A stretch of 64,000 nt of DNA from the NCBI GenBank assembly GCA_947494715.1, contig CANLWG010000009.1, forward strand, positions 1,405 through 65,404. The letters run 5' to 3'. The notes beneath the pieces are model-generated. The model saw nothing but the letters and a program-made list of their open reading frames with translations. It did not search any database and was not told the origin of the DNA. Numbering within the stretch: position 1 is the first letter of the stretch; each line of letters starts with the position of its first letter. Shown here in pieces: positions 60,064-64,000 of the stretch. The position numbers and the translations under genes are program-made. Origin of the DNA: an uncultured Flavobacteriaceae bacterium (GTDB taxonomy: Bacteria > Bacteroidota > Bacteroidia > Flavobacteriales > Flavobacteriaceae).

Positions 60064-60543
60064 TTGAAGAACATGGAAATGAAAAGAAACAAAGAAGCGC
60101 GTATTGTTTTGAATACAGTACAAAGAGTTATGGCAACCTTTCTACTTGTAATGGTTTTAGCCAATTGCAGCAAAGATGATGCCGCTCCAGAAAGTTCTAT
60201 TAGGCTGGGTGCCTTGAGTCTTTCCGAGAATGGGGATTGCAATCACAGCAGTGGGGTAACGGGAACCTCATTTGGAATTTTGATTCCATATAGCGGTACT
60301 CAGGACGATACGCTTATCCGAATATTATATAAACTTATCCCTGAAGGAGGGGATGCAATTGAGCGTACAGCAAATTATAATGATTTTTCCTTAAAGGATG
60401 GAAGCGGGGAAATGACATGGAACTCCTGTTTGCGTTTTTTTGATGTGAGCTTTATTGATTTGGAAATACGTATAGAAACTGCGGATGGGATAATAAGCAG
60501 TGTGTCCAAAATAAAGATTAACAAACCCGATGGTGCCAATTAA
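60064..60543 (+). CDS. Hypothetical lipoprotein
   Basis: Lipobox LANC-SKDD; start possibly ATG 60073. Confidence 0.75.
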   Translation: MKNMEMKRNKEARIVLNTVQRVMATFLLVMVLANCSKDDAAPESSIRLGALSLSENGDCNHSSGVTGTSFGILIPYSGTQDDTLIRILYKLIPEGGDAIERTANYNDFSLKDGSGEMTWNSCLRFFDVSFIDLEIRIETADGIISSVSKIKINKPDGAN

Positions 60544-60802
60544 AAAAGCCCGGACTGTGAGGTTCGGGCTTTTTTTAGCTAAGTAGGTTATTGTAAAATT
60601 TGGACTAAGCTTTGTAGGTTAGAATTTTGGTTTGGGGAAACCTCCATTCTTTTCGGTTAAGTTCAAAGTGCTGGTTTGGGGTCAACACTATCACTTAATT
60701 ACAATGTAAATGTAGTACGGATATGGGACTGTTCTAAATTATTGTTGTGAACCGATCTTAATTTGTAGTGAAAATTTTAACGGTCTTATTTCATCGATGA
60801 AT
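60541..60802 (-). repeat. 262-bp direct repeat copy 2 (promoter + 19-codon sORF 60588-60647 + bidirectional terminator)
   Basis: Near-identical to 55555-55817; sORF MEVSPNQNSNLQSLVQILQ; terminator aaaaaagcccggac...gttcgggcttttttt. Confidence 0.92.
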
Positions 60803-60831
60803 GACACCCTTTTTTAATAAAAAGTAGCTTT

Positions 60832-62043
60832 CTAGTATTGATCTAGATGTTCCGGATAGAGAAAATTGTTGTAGGGGAATCTACTTACATGGATTTCCCT
60901 GACGGCATTATACACCTTACTCCGAAACACATCCAGATTATCTTTGTTCAGGGCGGAAATGAAGAGCACGTTATCGCCCAACCGCTGCATCCATGTCCGT
61001 TCCCATTCCTCCATAGTAAAATGTCTTGAAGTCCTTTCGGTAACCAAATCGTCTTCATCTAGGGTCTCATGTGAATATTGGTCTATTTTATTGAAAACCA
61101 TTATCATTGGCTTTTCCGCACTATCAATTTCACCTAAAATTTGATTTACAGAATCTATATGCTCCTCAAATTGGGGATGGGAGATATCCACTATGTGCAG
61201 CAATAGATCCGCTTCCCTTACCTCGTCCAGGGTGCTTTTAAAACTTTCCACCAATTGGGTAGGAAGCTTCCGAATGAATCCTACCGTATCGCTCAATAAA
61301 AATGGAAGGTTGCCAATGACCACTTTCCGTACCGTGGTATCCAAAGTGGCAAAAAGTTTGTTCTCGGCAAAAACATCGCTTTTACTTATCACGTTCATTA
61401 ATGTCGATTTCCCGACGTTGGTATAGCCTACCAAGGCTACGCGTACAAGGGAGCCCCGGTTACCGCGTTGGGTCTCCATCTGCTTATCTATCTTGGTCAG
61501 TTTCTTTTTTAATAGGGAAATCCGGTCGCGAACTATACGACGGTCGGTTTCAATTTCCGTTTCGCCCGGACCGCGCATTCCAATGCCTCCACGTTGACGC
61601 TCTAAGTGTGTCCATAGGCCGGTAAGTCTAGGTAAAAGATATTCATATTGCGCAAGCTCCACTTGGGTACGGGCATAACTGGTCTGTGCGCGTTGGGCAA
61701 AAATATCCAGGATAAGACCGGTGCGATCCAGGATTTTGCAACGTAATAATTTTTCGATATTGTTCTGCTGGGCAGGGGTTAGCTCATCGTCAAAAATAAC
61801 AGACCCTATTTCGTGCTCTTTAACATAGGCCTCAACCTCCTTCATTTTTCCGCTACCTATATAAGTCTTAGGATTGGGGACCTCTACACGTTGCACAAAA
61901 CGTTTGGTTACCTCTCCACCGGCGGTGTAGGTCAAAAACTCCAGTTCATCCAGATATTCGGTTACCTTTTCCTCATTTTGCGCTCTATTGATGACACCGA
62001 TCAAAACGGCCTGCTCATAATCTATGTGCTGCTTTTCTAACAT
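60832..62043 (-). CDS. hflX: GTPase HflX
   Basis: RGPGETEIETDRR, GYTNVGKST, LFATLDTT, DTVGFI, NKID. Confidence 0.98.
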   Translation of the reverse strand: MLEKQHIDYEQAVLIGVINRAQNEEKVTEYLDELEFLTYTAGGEVTKRFVQRVEVPNPKTYIGSGKMKEVEAYVKEHEIGSVIFDDELTPAQQNNIEKLLRCKILDRTGLILDIFAQRAQTSYARTQVELAQYEYLLPRLTGLWTHLERQRGGIGMRGPGETEIETDRRIVRDRISLLKKKLTKIDKQMETQRGNRGSLVRVALVGYTNVGKSTLMNVISKSDVFAENKLFATLDTTVRKVVIGNLPFLLSDTVGFIRKLPTQLVESFKSTLDEVREADLLLHIVDISHPQFEEHIDSVNQILGEIDSAEKPMIMVFNKIDQYSHETLDEDDLVTERTSRHFTMEEWERTWMQRLGDNVLFISALNKDNLDVFRSKVYNAVREIHVSRFPYNNFLYPEHLDQY

Positions 62044-62120
62044 ATGGAATAGTAAAGTGCAAATTTAAGCAATACAGGCCAAGCTATTTTTGTAAATTGA
62101 TCTTCCCAAACGGAAAACCC

Positions 62121-63095
62121 ATGCTTTTTTCATTTTTTAAGAGAAAGAAAGGCAAACAGCTACATACCATAGCGTTTTATAATCTGGAAAATCTATTTGA
62201 TACCATAGACGATCCGGATACCTTGGACGATGACTTTACGCCAAATGGACATAAAAAATGGTCGGATAGGCGATATCAAAAGAAAGTGAACCAATTGGCC
62301 GAGACCATTTCCGAAATTGGGAACGAGTCTGCCCAAAATCCACCTGTTCTGGTAGGGGTCGCCGAAGTGGAGAACAAAACGGTGATGGACGACCTGATAG
62401 CATCCGAACCTTTGCAAGGTATCGATTATGGCTATGTACATTACGATTCACCGGATGAACGTGGCATAGATACCGCATTAATTTATCACAAGACGAATTT
62501 TGAGGTGCTCCATTCCGAACCCATCGCTTTGTTGATTTATGAAATGGATGGATTAAGGGATACCACCAGGGATATTTTATATGTTCATGGGAAATTGAAC
62601 GGAGAGGAAGTCCATATTTTTGTAAATCATTGGCCTTCCCGCAGGAGTGGGTCAGTAGAAACTGAATACAAACGGGTTCGAGCGGCGGAAACCATACGAG
62701 AATTTATGGCCTCTTTAGAAATGAAAATCCCTGACCCTAACTACATAATTATGGGAGATTTTAATGACGACCCTTCTTCGGAAAGTATACAGACCTTAAT
62801 GCAATCCACTACCTTGTACAATCCTATGGAAAAGTTACATTCACCAGAAAGGGGTAGTGCCAATTATAGGCGAAGTTGGAGTCTTTTTGATCAGATTATG
62901 GTCTCGCACAATTTCTTTAATTATGAAAAAGGGACCCATAGCTTTGCCCATGCCAATATCTTTGACGACCTTTTTTTGACGGAATGGACGGGAAAATATA
63001 AGGGCAGTCCGTATAGAACCTATGTTGGGCGGAAATATCTAGGGGGGTATAGCGATCATTTTCCGGTATATATACAATTGAAGTACAATGGATGA
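62121..63095 (+). CDS. Endonuclease/exonuclease/phosphatase family protein
   Basis: FYNLENLFD, GVAEVEN, NHWPSRR, MGDFNDDP, FDQI, YSDHFPV; start likely ATG 62121. Confidence 0.93.
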   Translation: MLFSFFKRKKGKQLHTIAFYNLENLFDTIDDPDTLDDDFTPNGHKKWSDRRYQKKVNQLAETISEIGNESAQNPPVLVGVAEVENKTVMDDLIASEPLQGIDYGYVHYDSPDERGIDTALIYHKTNFEVLHSEPIALLIYEMDGLRDTTRDILYVHGKLNGEEVHIFVNHWPSRRSGSVETEYKRVRAAETIREFMASLEMKIPDPNYIIMGDFNDDPSSESIQTLMQSTTLYNPMEKLHSPERGSANYRRSWSLFDQIMVSHNFFNYEKGTHSFAHANIFDDLFLTEWTGKYKGSPYRTYVGRKYLGGYSDHFPVYIQLKYNG

Positions 63096-63100
63096 GAATT

Positions 63101-63814
63101 TTAGACCTTTTTAATTTCGGTGTCTTCCAACAAATCCTCATTTCGCAAACGTAGAAAAACCTGTGCCGTGGTTACAACATCGCCTTCGCAGTACAAAATA
63201 ATTCTATCCAAGTCGTTGTCTTCGTAATAAACTTCACGCACTTTACTACCGTCTATATCTTCCTTTGGCGAGGGGATGCCCAAAATATGGGCCAACAATT
63301 TTAAGGAGGTATAGTGTTTGTAATCCCCGAATTTCCAGAGCTCCATAGTATCCAGATGGGGTACTTCCCAAGGTTTTTTGCCAAAAAGATCCAGTTTATA
63401 AGGTAATGAAATACCGTGGACAATCATGCGCCGTGCGATATAGGGGAAATCGAATTCCTTGCCGTTATGACCGCACAACAGATGTTTTGGCGAGCTGAAA
63501 TGACCGTTCAGAAGGTTTTTGAAGTCCTTTAGGATTTTTACCTCATCTCCATGAAAAGAGGTTACTCTAAAACTACGGACGTCCCCTCTTAGGTTAAAAT
63601 AACCAACGGAAATACAGATAATCTTTCCAAATTCTGCCCAGATACCGGCACGTTCGTAGAACTCCTCGGCTGTAATCTCGTCCTTTCGTTGGTATTGAGA
63701 TTTTTGCTCCCAAAGTTCTTGCTCGGCATCATTTAATTCTTCAAAAGCAACCTTTTGGGGAACGGTCTCTATATCCAGGAACAAAACATGTTCCAAATTT
63801 ATTTTCTGTAACAT
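63101..63814 (-). CDS. 3'-5' exonuclease (DEDD, PolB-exo-like)
   Basis: FLDIETVP, GHNGKEFDFPY, HLDTMELW, YCEGDV. Confidence 0.92.
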   Translation of the reverse strand: MLQKINLEHVLFLDIETVPQKVAFEELNDAEQELWEQKSQYQRKDEITAEEFYERAGIWAEFGKIICISVGYFNLRGDVRSFRVTSFHGDEVKILKDFKNLLNGHFSSPKHLLCGHNGKEFDFPYIARRMIVHGISLPYKLDLFGKKPWEVPHLDTMELWKFGDYKHYTSLKLLAHILGIPSPKEDIDGSKVREVYYEDNDLDRIILYCEGDVVTTAQVFLRLRNEDLLEDTEIKKV

Positions 63815-64000
63815 CTAAGGCTGTTTTAGGAAAAGGTAAATGTTGGAGTGACTTATATCAATGGAATCTTTTTTAACGTAAAAGCCTAAATCGGTGAATA
63901 CAATTTTGGCCGAGGTACTATCATTTTTGAATTCCATGACCAACTTCTCAGGATCAATGGAATGGAGGTTTTTCCCATATTTTGTAAATTCCCTGAGTTT
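63815..64000 (-). CDS. C-terminal fragment of a hypothetical protein (truncated by window edge)
   Basis: 62 open codons KLREFTKY...SNIYLFLKQP*; stop abuts the exonuclease ATG. Confidence 0.6.
   Translation of the reverse strand, partial: KLREFTKYGKNLHSIDPEKLVMEFKNDSTSAKIVFTDLGFYVKKDSIDISHSNIYLFLKQP

Noticed and set aside
60705-60719. TGTA-N7-TACG overlapping the repeat's -7 element, similar to the CI-like operator
   Set aside because: 7/8 matches are expected many times by chance in 64 kb and the site is absent in the 55.4-kb and 12-kb copies
55235-60802. Repeats considered as a CRISPR array or IS ends
   Set aside because: No regular repeat-spacer structure, cas genes, transposase or terminal inverted repeats
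204-63141. Many 60-220 aa ORFs antisense to or overlapping well-supported genes (e.g. 13210-13866, 18199-18588, 57873-58391, 35712-36158)
   Set aside because: Shadow ORFs with no recognisable motifs that overlap confidently assigned genes

Overview
64-kb chromosomal window from a marine Flavobacteriaceae-like genome (gldH, TAnnTTTG promoters, choice-of-anchor B gene). Most of it is core genes: plsC, an ECF sigma/anti-sigma pair, recA, trhO, ricT-gldH-PBP1a, scoAB, sdhCAB, a rimK-family/deacylase pair, pepP, brnQ, thiL, the suf operon and hflX. Small accessory cassettes are interspersed: a CI/Cro-like switch with vsr, a sulfatase with a frameshifted neighbour, AraC modules and a TPR hybrid two-component cassette. 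I recognised no rRNA, tRNA, CRISPR array, transposase or integrase. Two non-obvious systems stand out. (1) A family of at least four short stand-alone transcription units at 12068-12394(+), 55235-55520(-), 55555-55817(-) and 60541-60802(-). They share three upstream boxes (TTCATCGA, then two TTCACAAC-type boxes 21 bp apart), a -7-like element exactly 30 bp from the proximal box, a GACCCCAAA-type leader motif, a 15-35-codon ORF and a terminator. Two copies form ~94%-identical 263-bp direct repeats that bracket a 5-kb sensor/lipoprotein cassette. (2) Two four-helix-bundle genes sit inside operons, flanked by inverted arrays of 7- or 8-nt periodic repeats. Similar arrays with no cargo gene (candidate empty sites) occur at rimK/deacylase, sufC/sufD and possibly sufA/sufB. 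All calls were made by eye, without database searches.
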